DNA of 64,000 bases from a virus: UHGV virus genome UHGV-0090440. One strand, written 5' to 3'. The translations under genes and the position numbers were made by a program. The notes under the pieces are model-generated. The model saw only the letters and a list, made by a program, of their open reading frames with translations, made no database searches and was not told the DNA's origin. This document shows, one piece after another, positions 1-8,522 of this stretch (positions are counted from its first letter, which is position 1; every line of letters starts with the position of its first letter).

Positions 1-83
1 CGGCGGAAAAACCGGTATTTAACCGCACCGTTGGGCTGCGTGATACCTGGGCGAAGTTAGGTTAATAGGTATTTCGCCACATA

Positions 84-116
84 AAAAAGTAAACGCCGCT
101 ACTGCGGCGTTTTTTA
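84..116. terminator. rho-independent terminator hairpin 3' of dam
   Basis: Stem aaacgccgc/gcggcgttt (91-112) with tact loop, flanked by A-run and T-run, directly after the dam stop codon at 114-116. Confidence 0.6.
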
Positions 117-1019
117 CTTCATTATTGCAATTATATCGTTAGCAACTACACGTGTTGACGCCTTGCAGGAAACCGACCGTCTGGCTGCCATATGATGTAC
201 TTTAAACCCGTTTCCTTCATATAGTTCACGGATGCTTGGCGCACCACTATTTGTAATCACTACCTTAGCGCCGCGCTGGTGGGCTTCCACCAATAGAGAT
301 ACCAGCCGTTTCTGTTCGTCGAAACGGAAGCTATTTCCTGAATAACTGGTAAACCCTTCTGTATCCGGCAGCGGTTCATACGGCGGATCGCAAAAAATCA
401 CATCGCCTTCACCAGCCGCCTCGATGACGCCAGCAAAGTCACCTGATACAAAGGACGTGTTTTTGAGTACGTCATCAGCCAAAAATGCCTCCATCTCTGC
501 ATGTGGGAAGTAGGGCGCTTTGTATTTGCCATACCCCACGTTGAACTCGCCATTTTGGTTGTACCGCGTTACGCCATTAAAACAGTGCCGATTAAGGTAC
601 AAAAAGGCGGCAGCATGATGTAGCTGGTCATACTTTCCTCTGTTAAATGCCTCACGCACTTCGAGGTAACCGTCAGCGTTGTTGTAATTTTGGAAAAAAC
701 TATATGACAGCGTGACGAGCGAATGTCCTTCTCGCTGCAATGTCTGATAGAAGTTAATCAGGTCACCGTTAATATCATTAAGCAGGTTGTGGCGAAATCC
801 TGCATTCGTAAATACAGAACCGCCACCAACGAACGGTTCTATTAACCGCTTGCCGTGTGGTAGATGCTCAAGCACTGTAGGCAACTCTGAGAATTTACCG
901 CCTACCCATTTGAAGATCGGACGCTCATATTCATCCGGAGTCCGAATGGTGCGCATATAGCTAATTTCAGCCATCGTATCCTGTTTTTCTATGGCTATGC
1001 TTGCTATAGATTTACTCAT
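114..1019 (-). CDS. dam: DNA adenine methyltransferase (Dam family)
   Basis: Translation carries Dam hallmarks (FKWVGGK near the N-terminus, EPFVGGGSVF AdoMet motif, DPPY catalytic motif) and aligns along its length with E. coli Dam as I recall it. Start taken at ATG 1017-1019 (MSKSIAS), which overlaps the upstream gene's stop by 8 nt; the ORF-track N-terminal extension is discarded. Confidence 0.85.
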   Translation of the reverse strand: MSKSIASIAIEKQDTMAEISYMRTIRTPDEYERPIFKWVGGKFSELPTVLEHLPHGKRLIEPFVGGGSVFTNAGFRHNLLNDINGDLINFYQTLQREGHSLVTLSYSFFQNYNNADGYLEVREAFNRGKYDQLHHAAAFLYLNRHCFNGVTRYNQNGEFNVGYGKYKAPYFPHAEMEAFLADDVLKNTSFVSGDFAGVIEAAGEGDVIFCDPPYEPLPDTEGFTSYSGNSFRFDEQKRLVSLLVEAHQRGAKVVITNSGAPSIRELYEGNGFKVHHMAARRSVSCKASTRVVANDIIAIMK

Positions 1020-1764
1020 AGAGCACCCCCTTATTCGCTTCGAAAACTGCCTTTGCGAATCCATGTGGAGTAGCACTTCGAAAATTAGCCCTGTCAGGCC
1101 CTGGTGGCGCGGCATGGATTCTGTTATCTGGCTTGCCTAATGATTCGTCCATTAGGGCATCAGGCATGACAAAGCCCTGGCCGCTCCAGAGGCATGTTTT
1201 TTTGGTGTAGTTATCTTCCTGACAATATGCAGTGAAGAAGTAAGGGTGAAAGATGTGATCTGGCTTACGCCAGAATGTCGATATTTTGCTGACCGGATTT
1301 TCAATCATGTACGGACAACCGATCATCTTTGCAATGTCATAACACTGCCAGACAACCTGCATTGCTTTGAACTGGAAAACCGGATCTTTATTAGCCTTGT
1401 CCGAAAACCAGCGCGCGCCGGAAACAGCCAGGTCAGTACACGGTGGGAACCCGGCCAGAAACACGATGCGCTGCAAATTCTTACGGAGAAAAGCGTATAC
1501 TTCATCGCTATCGATGATCGCACTAATACGCGTCAGAACGGCACCTGATTGCATCCGCTCGTCACTGGTCGATAAGTGCTGTGGATCGACGATAGCGGCA
1601 TCGACACCGTATTCCAGCCAGGGGGCAACCATTGCCCCCGTAAAATCACACAGACTCACAACAAGCGGTCGGTTATTATCGTTCTGCTTCACCGCCAATA
1701 GCCTCCACCAGCGCGTTAAACAGTGCAGATAATTCGCCCGTAAAGAGCACGAAATCAGCATCAA
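1012..1764 (-). CDS. putative DNA (cytosine-5) methyltransferase, short form
   Basis: Motifs resembling C5-MTase motif I (VVSLCDFTGAM), motif IV (GFPPCTDLAVSG) and ENV motif VI (YMIENPVS). Stop is translationally coupled to the dam start. The start codon is uncertain because the 5' end overlaps the rdgC-like ORF. Confidence 0.5.
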   Translation of the reverse strand: MMLISCSLRANYLHCLTRWWRLLAVKQNDNNRPLVVSLCDFTGAMVAPWLEYGVDAAIVDPQHLSTSDERMQSGAVLTRISAIIDSDEVYAFLRKNLQRIVFLAGFPPCTDLAVSGARWFSDKANKDPVFQFKAMQVVWQCYDIAKMIGCPYMIENPVSKISTFWRKPDHIFHPYFFTAYCQEDNYTKKTCLWSGQGFVMPDALMDESLGKPDNRIHAAPPGPDRANFRSATPHGFAKAVFEANKGVLYE

Positions 1765-2581
1765 ATCGTTGTGCTACATCCTCCCGGTCGATATCGTCGT
1801 TCTGGTCATAGAGATCATCACAGAATGTCAGGGCTTTGATACTCATATCATCGTTGACTCTGAACGACGCGCGGTCCATCCAGTTAATTGCAACGGTCGT
1901 AGCTACTTTCCCCGCCTCAATGTGAGACATAATCTCGTCGGACTGTAGATCAACTTTGTTGCAGCGAACGGCACCACCATTATCGAGCAGACCCTTTAAT
2001 GTGGCGTCTTCACCTGCTGTAAATCCGGCAGGGAAGCTGTTTTTAAACCACTCGGTCATTGTAATTTCCAGCGGTTCGCGTGGTGTGAATGGAATGACAG
2101 GCAGGCTGCCGAGCGATTTTCGCAATAAAGCCAGCTGGTCCTCTGCCTTTTTGGCGCTGCTTGCCTCAACGAATACCAGATGGTTGCTGCGGTCGATCAG
2201 GATTTTTGCGAGTGATTTTCTCGTGAAAGCACGAGGAAGAAGAGAGTGAAGCACTTCATCCTTCAGCGAATCTTTTTCGGTCTTCTTCAGCTTTCTGTCT
2301 TGCTCTTCTTCAAGTTTCAGGATTTTTTTCTGTAACTCTTCTTTGAGTACTTGAGAAGGCAGGATTTTTTCCTCTCGTTTATGCTGCATCAGAAGAAAAC
2401 CCTGGTATTCATGGGTGAGGTTGTCGCCAAGAATTGGGGTCCAACCAGCTTTAGCCATATCCTGAGAACCGCATGGGGTAAACACAAACTTGCTAAGGGC
2501 TGCATTTACTACTGCGGTATCCCAGTTAACTTCGCGTGAAAGACGATAGATGAAGATATTTTTGAAAGCGACTGATCTCAT
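1676..2581 (-). CDS. rdgC: RdgC-like recombination-associated protein
   Basis: N-terminus MRSVAFKNIFIYRLSRE...FTPCGSQDMAKAGW resembles E. coli RdgC (MLWFKNLMVYRLSRE...FTPCGSQDMAK) from memory; length about 300 aa as in RdgC. Confidence 0.7.
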   Translation of the reverse strand: MRSVAFKNIFIYRLSREVNWDTAVVNAALSKFVFTPCGSQDMAKAGWTPILGDNLTHEYQGFLLMQHKREEKILPSQVLKEELQKKILKLEEEQDRKLKKTEKDSLKDEVLHSLLPRAFTRKSLAKILIDRSNHLVFVEASSAKKAEDQLALLRKSLGSLPVIPFTPREPLEITMTEWFKNSFPAGFTAGEDATLKGLLDNGGAVRCNKVDLQSDEIMSHIEAGKVATTVAINWMDRASFRVNDDMSIKALTFCDDLYDQNDDIDREDVAQRFDADFVLFTGELSALFNALVEAIGGEAER

Positions 2582-2592
2582 TTCTCACCATT

Positions 2593-2626
2593 TGTGTTAG
2601 AAAATATGCGTTAATTATCTAACACA
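2593..2626. promoter_or_regulatory. paired operator-like motifs (TGTGTTAGAAAAT ... ATCTAACACA) upstream of the rdgC-like gene
   Basis: Inverted pair of the dispersed TGTTAGAAA / TTTCTAACA motif, 10-40 nt upstream of the rdgC start on the minus strand. Confidence 0.45.
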
Positions 2627-2640
2627 AATGGGTGCATTTT

Positions 2641-3294
2641 CTATCCTTTCTTGAAATCGAAGTTGCCAGCAGTGGCCTGAAAGGTTCCCCCTGCCTTGAA
2701 AGCTATGTCCCCGTTAGCGGTGACAGCAATATTTTCCCCATTAACATTGATGTTGTTGGCTGATTTGACGTTAACACTCCCTCCTGCATTCACGATTACA
2801 TCAGCCGGACCAATGATATATATCTGCCCGGACTCATTCATGCCAATCCTTGAGCCTGCTGCCGTATTGGCAATTTCATAGCCGCCACCAGCAGTTCGTA
2901 CTTCAAGAATATTGTTGCGGTGAATAACGAAGTCTTTCGTTGCTGAGATTTGGGGGCGGGGAGGTGCTCCATCTACTTCCGGCGGCGTCCAGCCGCTACC
3001 ATTGCCTGACGCCTCCGGCGCGACGTTTGGAACTCCGCCAGGCGCATCCTGAGCCGCGCCAACTATCATTGGGCGTCTGGTGTCTATTCGACCGTTAACA
3101 TCTAAATAAGGAAACTCTACCCAGACCAGGTCACCTTTGACTGTAGGTACAAAAGCGTTCCCGATGGGTAACAGGTATTCCGCCCAGGGTAGATCGTCAT
3201 CAGGAACGCCATTCCAGTCAGGTAAAACACGGACTTGAGCACGCATAAGCCCTGCCGGGTGCACAGTTCCAACAATTTGCGCTCTACGCTTCAT
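2641..3294 (-). CDS. putative baseplate spike / gpV-like protein
   Basis: N-terminal OB-fold-like pattern (LPW...G..PTVKGDLVWVEF...G) typical of P2 gpV / Mu gp45-family spike proteins, followed by a Gly/Asn-rich repetitive C-terminus (NAGGSVNVKSANNINVNGENIAVTANGD). Confidence 0.4.
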   Translation of the reverse strand: MKRRAQIVGTVHPAGLMRAQVRVLPDWNGVPDDDLPWAEYLLPIGNAFVPTVKGDLVWVEFPYLDVNGRIDTRRPMIVGAAQDAPGGVPNVAPEASGNGSGWTPPEVDGAPPRPQISATKDFVIHRNNILEVRTAGGGYEIANTAAGSRIGMNESGQIYIIGPADVIVNAGGSVNVKSANNINVNGENIAVTANGDIAFKAGGTFQATAGNFDFKKG

Positions 3295-4271
3295 TTGTTA
3301 GGCACTCCCAATATCATTCGTGTTGTGTAGCCTACTCGGTCCTCAAAGTGCGCAACATTTTTTACTATCAGCTTACGGGGCATTGATTCATCAATGCGGT
3401 TTTCCTGGTCATAGCGGTATACGATAATCTCTATTACCATCCCCGGTTTTATATCAGGATTGCCTGCGACTTCTATATCCATTTTGGGGACGAGAGACAG
3501 CTGCATATTGCGAAGAGTTTCCATATCAGAGTCGGATATATAACGCACTGGGAGTGAGCTATCGCCATATTCGACGTAGCCATCGGTCATGGAATACCCA
3601 ACAAAACGATATTGATTCTTTGCTGTTGTCGCATGTTCCTGTTGGAGTAGGCGCATTTTGGACAAAGTGTATTCTGCTTTAGGGTTATTCCCCTCGTAGG
3701 TAAATGATGGCGTTTGCTTCATCAGATCAGCCAGGGTGTAAAAGTTAAATTCCCCCCGACATACCCAACACAATGCACCTTTGTCTCGCGCTATCTCCGA
3801 AAGCATTTTTGACGGTTTGTCACCAGCATTCAGATGATATGTAACTGCGCGTTTTAGCACGCTGCTGGTAATTTTAAGTTTGCCGGAATATGCCTTGAAT
3901 ATAGCGTCTGGTGTTTTGTTGGTATGTAAATTTGTGCGCGGGGAGGGGATCTTAAACCTGCGCACGTCTTCACTGACAGCAATAACGGTAACAACATCAC
4001 CAGCCAGCATTGCAGACGTAACAAAGAAATCTGTTTTAAAAGTGCCAGCATTACCGTTTGGATCGCCCATTTCAGCCACCAGCGATGCACCGTATTTGGC
4101 TTTCCAGTCATCAATTACGGTGCCGGTAGCGTCATGAATTTCCAGTTTTAGCAAAGGGGCTTTGAGGCAGGTTTTTTCTACATATACTGCGGTAAAAATC
4201 CAGTCTCGTGGCACTTTGTTATCGTTAATGAGCACTGACTGTAGAAAATATTGTTGTAACTCCTGGGCCAC
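3291..4271 (-). CDS. hypothetical protein (possible virion/baseplate module)
   Basis: 326-aa ORF, stop overlaps the start of the spike-like gene (translational coupling); no recognisable motif. Confidence 0.35.
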   Translation of the reverse strand: MAQELQQYFLQSVLINDNKVPRDWIFTAVYVEKTCLKAPLLKLEIHDATGTVIDDWKAKYGASLVAEMGDPNGNAGTFKTDFFVTSAMLAGDVVTVIAVSEDVRRFKIPSPRTNLHTNKTPDAIFKAYSGKLKITSSVLKRAVTYHLNAGDKPSKMLSEIARDKGALCWVCRGEFNFYTLADLMKQTPSFTYEGNNPKAEYTLSKMRLLQQEHATTAKNQYRFVGYSMTDGYVEYGDSSLPVRYISDSDMETLRNMQLSLVPKMDIEVAGNPDIKPGMVIEIIVYRYDQENRIDESMPRKLIVKNVAHFEDRVGYTTRMILGVPNK

Positions 4272-4274
4272 TTA

Positions 4275-5042
4275 TCACCCCATAGATATCGAGGTTTCGG
4301 TAATAATACGTTTTGCGTCCAACTCCCATGCTGTGATCACGTCTGCAATCACACTTATCGGCGCTTGTGTGGCATAAATACGCTCTTCTCCAATTGGTGC
4401 TGAAACATCCGTAAAGCCGACTTCTTTGGCATCCTGTATCGAGCAAATCAGCGGGACCGGGACACGAACAAGGTGAGTGGTTGCTTCAAATTGTGTACCT
4501 GTCATCAGGCGAAGCCGTGCGCCCAGCGAATTACACATCAGACTCATGGTCGCTTTATCAGTTGCCATTAACGTAACGTCATACGTCAGAATGGCCTGGG
4601 TGTATTCCAGTTCTGCTAAAGGCGTTCCGCTATCTGGTTCGCAAAAACTGGCTACTTTTTTGCGGTCAATCTGCTGATCATCGTTGATATAATTGATATC
4701 CATAGTGCGTGAGATATTGACCAGGGGGAGAGCATCCCGGTTAATGTTCTGGTTTTCAGGTTTTCTCCCTTGCCCGGCATTTGCGCGACGAACTGCTTTA
4801 AGAAACTCGATCGCATTGTCGAAACGGGCCATATAGACACGCTCTGCTGGTGGACGATTCAGGAATGACGCAAAGCGTTTTTCTTCCGGCGCGGGGGCCA
4901 CCAGTAAGATATCAGAAAAAATGTTGCTGATTAGCGTCGCAAACGCGTTATCCACGTTTTCAAAGCCCGTGGTCTGGAATTTTCCTGTGCGTAAGGTTTG
5001 CCATTCACCGGTTCGCGCCAGGAGGGTTTTATTTGACGTCAT
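4275..5042 (-). CDS. hypothetical protein
   Basis: 255-aa ORF in the same tightly packed minus-strand operon. Confidence 0.35.
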   Translation of the reverse strand: MTSNKTLLARTGEWQTLRTGKFQTTGFENVDNAFATLISNIFSDILLVAPAPEEKRFASFLNRPPAERVYMARFDNAIEFLKAVRRANAGQGRKPENQNINRDALPLVNISRTMDINYINDDQQIDRKKVASFCEPDSGTPLAELEYTQAILTYDVTLMATDKATMSLMCNSLGARLRLMTGTQFEATTHLVRVPVPLICSIQDAKEVGFTDVSAPIGEERIYATQAPISVIADVITAWELDAKRIITETSISMG

Positions 5043-5872
5043 TCGATCACTCCGTTTTGAGTCGTATCAAAATTCCTGGCAGGTATGCAGTAATAAAGCG
5101 AACCAACATGCTGTGTGCCGTAGCTAAAAATACGGTGCACGTACCACCAGCGGCGGGCTACGCCGTTTACCATCTCTTCATTCCATTCAAGAATTGAGCC
5201 GACGGGGACGTTATTTGCTGCAATACGCAGAATCAGAACATCATCGGTTAAGCCATCCTGCTCACCGTCTGCGTCAATTGCATGGAAAGAGTCACGCCCG
5301 TCAGGGTTATCCAGCACATAAACGATTTCAGGTTCCTGGTAAGTCAGTTCGCGTTGGTTGTTATCCAGTTCAGTGAATGACTCTTCTCCTGTTTCGTCGC
5401 TGACTACCCCATATGTGCCAACATCTGGTCGATATAAGAGAGCCTGAAACGCGTCTGGGCTGGATTCAATAATCAGCATCCAGTCTGCGCGGATTTGGTC
5501 ATTAAAGGCTTTATGCCCGTTATAGCGTGCTTTTAACTGTGGAGTCGGTTCTCTGCCAGCCAGGGAAGGTGGAAGTATGGCTATATCTGATTCGCCAGCG
5601 TCCGGAGTAAGGCCACCGTTGCTATCAGCAAAATTATCATGGCTATCAGCTTCGGCGGTGGATTGCTCTTCCAGAATGCTGAATGAATCCGGTCCGGCAT
5701 TGCCATGTTCCGGCGCGCTTCCTGCATCCGCTTCAACCGTCGCTGGCGTTTCTCTCTGCGTGCTGTCATGTTCTGACTCCTTACTTGCCAGGTTTGCATC
5801 GTCAGCAAACCATTCGTCAAAACGGCCCATAAGCATCCTCAAAGGTCGATTTATCAGGTATCGAGGGTGCAT
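5039..5872 (-). CDS. hypothetical protein with acidic low-complexity N-terminal half
   Basis: 277-aa ORF, first gene of the minus-strand block; D/E/S-rich N-terminal region. Confidence 0.3.
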   Translation of the reverse strand: MHPRYLINRPLRMLMGRFDEWFADDANLASKESEHDSTQRETPATVEADAGSAPEHGNAGPDSFSILEEQSTAEADSHDNFADSNGGLTPDAGESDIAILPPSLAGREPTPQLKARYNGHKAFNDQIRADWMLIIESSPDAFQALLYRPDVGTYGVVSDETGEESFTELDNNQRELTYQEPEIVYVLDNPDGRDSFHAIDADGEQDGLTDDVLILRIAANNVPVGSILEWNEEMVNGVARRWWYVHRIFSYGTQHVGSLYYCIPARNFDTTQNGVIE

Positions 5873-5909
5873 TATCTGGAGATTGTGATTTCAATTCATA
5901 TCCCGGCAT

Positions 5910-5945
5910 GGGACTAAAGTGCTTTACATTGTCCCATATTGGGAC
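5910..5945 (+). promoter_or_regulatory. palindromic operator-like sites upstream of higB
   Basis: GGGAC-N16-GTCCC and the perfect palindrome GTCCCATATTGGGAC lie 30-65 nt upstream of higB, consistent with antitoxin autoregulation. Confidence 0.45.
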
Positions 5946-5975
5946 TAGCATACTTTCAGAGAGAAGGAATCTGTG

Positions 5976-6278
5976 ATGAAAATAATTTCGCTAAAAACAC
6001 TAAGGGATTTCTGGGCGAAGAATCCCGATGCAGAACAGCCATTAAAGGCATGGGTTGATGAAGCAACAAAGGCTGACTGGAAAAATCCGGCTGAAATCAA
6101 AGAACAGTACCGGACAGCCAGCATCCTTAAAAACAGGCGCGTGGTGTTCAATATTAAGGGAAATGATTACAGGTTAATTGTCGCAATTGCTTATCAGCGA
6201 GGATGGATGTTCGTTAAGTTTATTGGAACACATAAGGAATACGATGCCATTGAAGCGGATACAATAGAACTGGAGTAA
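5976..6278 (+). CDS. higB: type II toxin HigB (RelE/ParE superfamily)
   Basis: C-terminal VFNIKGNDYRLIVAI...FIGTHKEYDAI matches the HigB pattern (YVFNVGGN..RVV...THKEYD). Toxin gene precedes the antitoxin, as in hig loci. ATG at 5976 has an upstream GAGAAGGA RBS. Confidence 0.75.
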   Translation: MKIISLKTLRDFWAKNPDAEQPLKAWVDEATKADWKNPAEIKEQYRTASILKNRRVVFNIKGNDYRLIVAIAYQRGWMFVKFIGTHKEYDAIEADTIELE

Positions 6279-6281
6279 ATC

Positions 6282-6641
6282 ATGAACATTAAACCTATCC
6301 GTACAGAACAAGATTATGAGGCCGCACTGCGTGCGGTCGAACCGATGTTCGATAACGAACCGGAAATGAACACACCGGAAGGCGATTTCTTTGAAGTAAT
6401 GTGCCTGCTCATTGAAGAGTACGAGAAAAAGCATTACCCAATTGAGCCACCATCACCTATTGAAGCCATTAAATTCCGTATGGAACAGCAAGGGCTGACC
6501 GTGAAGGATCTGGAACCGGCGATTGGTAAGTCAAATCGTGTTTACGAAGTGCTAAATGGGACACGAAATTTAACGTTACCTATGATTCGTCGTTTACATT
6601 CCCAGTTTGGCATTCCTCTTGAAAGCCTGGTTGGTGTATGA
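6282..6641 (+). CDS. higA: HigA-like antitoxin, HTH (XRE family)
   Basis: 119-aa ORF starting 4 nt after the higB stop; C-terminal half has a helix-turn-helix pattern (LTVKDLEPAIGKSNRVYEVLNGTRNLTLPMIRRL). Confidence 0.7.
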   Translation: MNIKPIRTEQDYEAALRAVEPMFDNEPEMNTPEGDFFEVMCLLIEEYEKKHYPIEPPSPIEAIKFRMEQQGLTVKDLEPAIGKSNRVYEVLNGTRNLTLPMIRRLHSQFGIPLESLVGV

Positions 6642-6675
6642 GTTTGGCGGTCTGTATGACCGCCTTTGTTGTCAA

Positions 6676-7872
6676 TCAAGAACCTTTCTTCACGTACTCC
6701 ATAAACATTTTTTCAGCTTGCTCAGGTGACGTTCCTGCCATGACCAGTGCATCAATGAACGCCTGCTTCTTCAGTGCGAACTGATCGGCAAGGCGTTGCT
6801 GAAGTTCCTTATTTTTCTGTTTCTCACGTTGCAAGGCCGCTTCTTTTGCAGCCGCCCGTTTTTTCTGTGCGTCTGACAACTTTCTGGCCCTGGTCAGCTG
6901 GTCACGTAGCTTGTCAATCTTCCCGTTGTCCTTTGCCAGTTTTGTACTTAAAGCGGCCTGGCGCTTCTGATAGAGCCTCCATTCGCGTTTGGCGGCTTCA
7001 ACGTTCGTTTTACTGCTACGATTGCGATTAAACTCCTTCTCGTCTTCTTTTGAGAAGTGTTTAGTTGTACGGCGGCGATCGTCACCAAATGCAATTTGCG
7101 TTGCAGCCTTTTGTAGCGCACGAGCAATACTCATTTGCCAACTGGCGGACTGTAACCGCGTCATTGAGTGGATCACGTGTTTACAGGCGACGCCTTGCAG
7201 CTTCGGGTTGCGAACTTTTGGATAGGCGTATTCTTTTGGCGGTGCCAGGGCAAAGTTACCCGCAGTGGCGATGTAACGATACCAGTATTGATGACGACCA
7301 CAGTCACAATCGAAAGACACTCGCCCGGCGCACAGTGATTTAGTGATTTTGAGAGCTGATTTATCGTCTTCTGCGATGTCATCAACCATCTGATCCCATT
7401 CTTCAAAGCGTATCCGGACGATATGGTGCTGGTGGACGGATATATCCGATGCTTCTACGCGGATATTAATCACATTGTGGCGAAGAGATACGGGGGTAGC
7501 TCTTTTGATACCAGATCCGTCATCCACGGCGTTATTTGCACGCTTAATATCGATTGCCTGGCTGGATGCCACCAGCTGGGCGTATGTGATGCCAGCCGTC
7601 TTGCTGTCATATTTTTCGCGCGTTTTACTCCGTAGCTTTTCGAAACCTTTCAGGTCGTCTCGCGTGAAGAACGTGCCGCCTTTTTTCTTCCCTAACTTGA
7701 GAATATCTTCGGCGGATTTGTTCCTCAGTCTACCTGGCGTCAGCGTCCGGTGAGCTTGTCGGCGCTTACGGGTTTGTTCTTTCCTGATAATCTCGAATAA
7801 ACGCGTGAAGTCCTTAGAGGACAGGCCGTCAGTGATATAGCGCCCGTCCTGGTTTTTCAGGAAATCAGGCAT
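6676..7872 (-). CDS. hypothetical protein with SWIM-type zinc-finger motif and K/R-rich coiled-coil C-terminus
   Basis: CxCx(n)CxH pattern (FDCDCGRHQYW...CKHVIH); C-terminal 120 aa highly charged and coiled-coil-like. Confidence 0.4.
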   Translation of the reverse strand: MPDFLKNQDGRYITDGLSSKDFTRLFEIIRKEQTRKRRQAHRTLTPGRLRNKSAEDILKLGKKKGGTFFTRDDLKGFEKLRSKTREKYDSKTAGITYAQLVASSQAIDIKRANNAVDDGSGIKRATPVSLRHNVINIRVEASDISVHQHHIVRIRFEEWDQMVDDIAEDDKSALKITKSLCAGRVSFDCDCGRHQYWYRYIATAGNFALAPPKEYAYPKVRNPKLQGVACKHVIHSMTRLQSASWQMSIARALQKAATQIAFGDDRRRTTKHFSKEDEKEFNRNRSSKTNVEAAKREWRLYQKRQAALSTKLAKDNGKIDKLRDQLTRARKLSDAQKKRAAAKEAALQREKQKNKELQQRLADQFALKKQAFIDALVMAGTSPEQAEKMFMEYVKKGS

Positions 7873-8194
7873 TTTCTATCTCCGGTTCCGCGCTCGCGTA
7901 ATCACGGATCTTGTTCCTCAGCCATGCCACATCAGGAAGAGTTAACGTGGTCCCGGCGGGCATTTCTTCCATTTCTGACTCATGGCCCACCAGCACCCGG
8001 AATACCCAGCGCAAATCTGCATTGCCATACGCCCTGTAGGCTGCAAGGTCTGAACGATATACTTCATCAATCTTTATCGTGTACTGGAAATTATCAGAGT
8101 GATACTCCGATACCCGCTTAATCATTTCCTGGTGAAACAGCGCACGAAAAATATCGTCTTCAATGTACCTATCGTCGAGTCTGCTATAGCCCAT
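7865..8194 (-). CDS. hypothetical protein
   Basis: 109-aa ORF overlapping the downstream gene's start by 8 nt (operon). Confidence 0.35.
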   Translation of the reverse strand: MGYSRLDDRYIEDDIFRALFHQEMIKRVSEYHSDNFQYTIKIDEVYRSDLAAYRAYGNADLRWVFRVLVGHESEMEEMPAGTTLTLPDVAWLRNKIRDYASAEPEIENA

Positions 8195-8387
8195 AACAAA
8201 GCCTCTCAGTCATAACCTGGGGGAAACTGTATGCAGGGTGTGAAATGCGAGAAACAGACAGGCCACCAGTTCAGGGGGATGTGGTTCATAAATCCCCTCA
8301 CTGGTGACAAGTGACTTTCATTAATCTTTATGCGGGGGCCAGCTTCATTTGCTGGCATTAGATTAAAAATTAAACGGAGTGAATGAC

Positions 8388-8522
8388 ATGGATGTTATCT
8401 TCGAATTATTAATGCTAATTGATCTGTTTATGAACGCCTCATTGACCACGCAAATACTGGCGTCAATATTTTTGTTACTCTTCTACCTGGTATTGAGGGA
8501 GTTAACAAAGCTACTAATGTGA
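8388..8522 (+). CDS. small hydrophobic peptide (44 aa), candidate membrane peptide
   Basis: ATG at 8388 preceded by ACGGAGTG; translation MDVIFELLMLIDLFMNASLTTQILASIFLLLFYLVLRELTKLLM is almost entirely hydrophobic. Not in the supplied ORF track because it is under 60 aa. Confidence 0.25.
   Translation: MDVIFELLMLIDLFMNASLTTQILASIFLLLFYLVLRELTKLLM

Noticed and set aside
114-1764. Single fused Dam-Dcm bifunctional methyltransferase (P1 Dmt-like)
   Set aside because: The two ORFs are in different frames with a clean stop; the dam ATG overlaps the upstream stop by 8 nt in classic translational coupling. Treated as two genes unless re-sequencing shows a frameshift.
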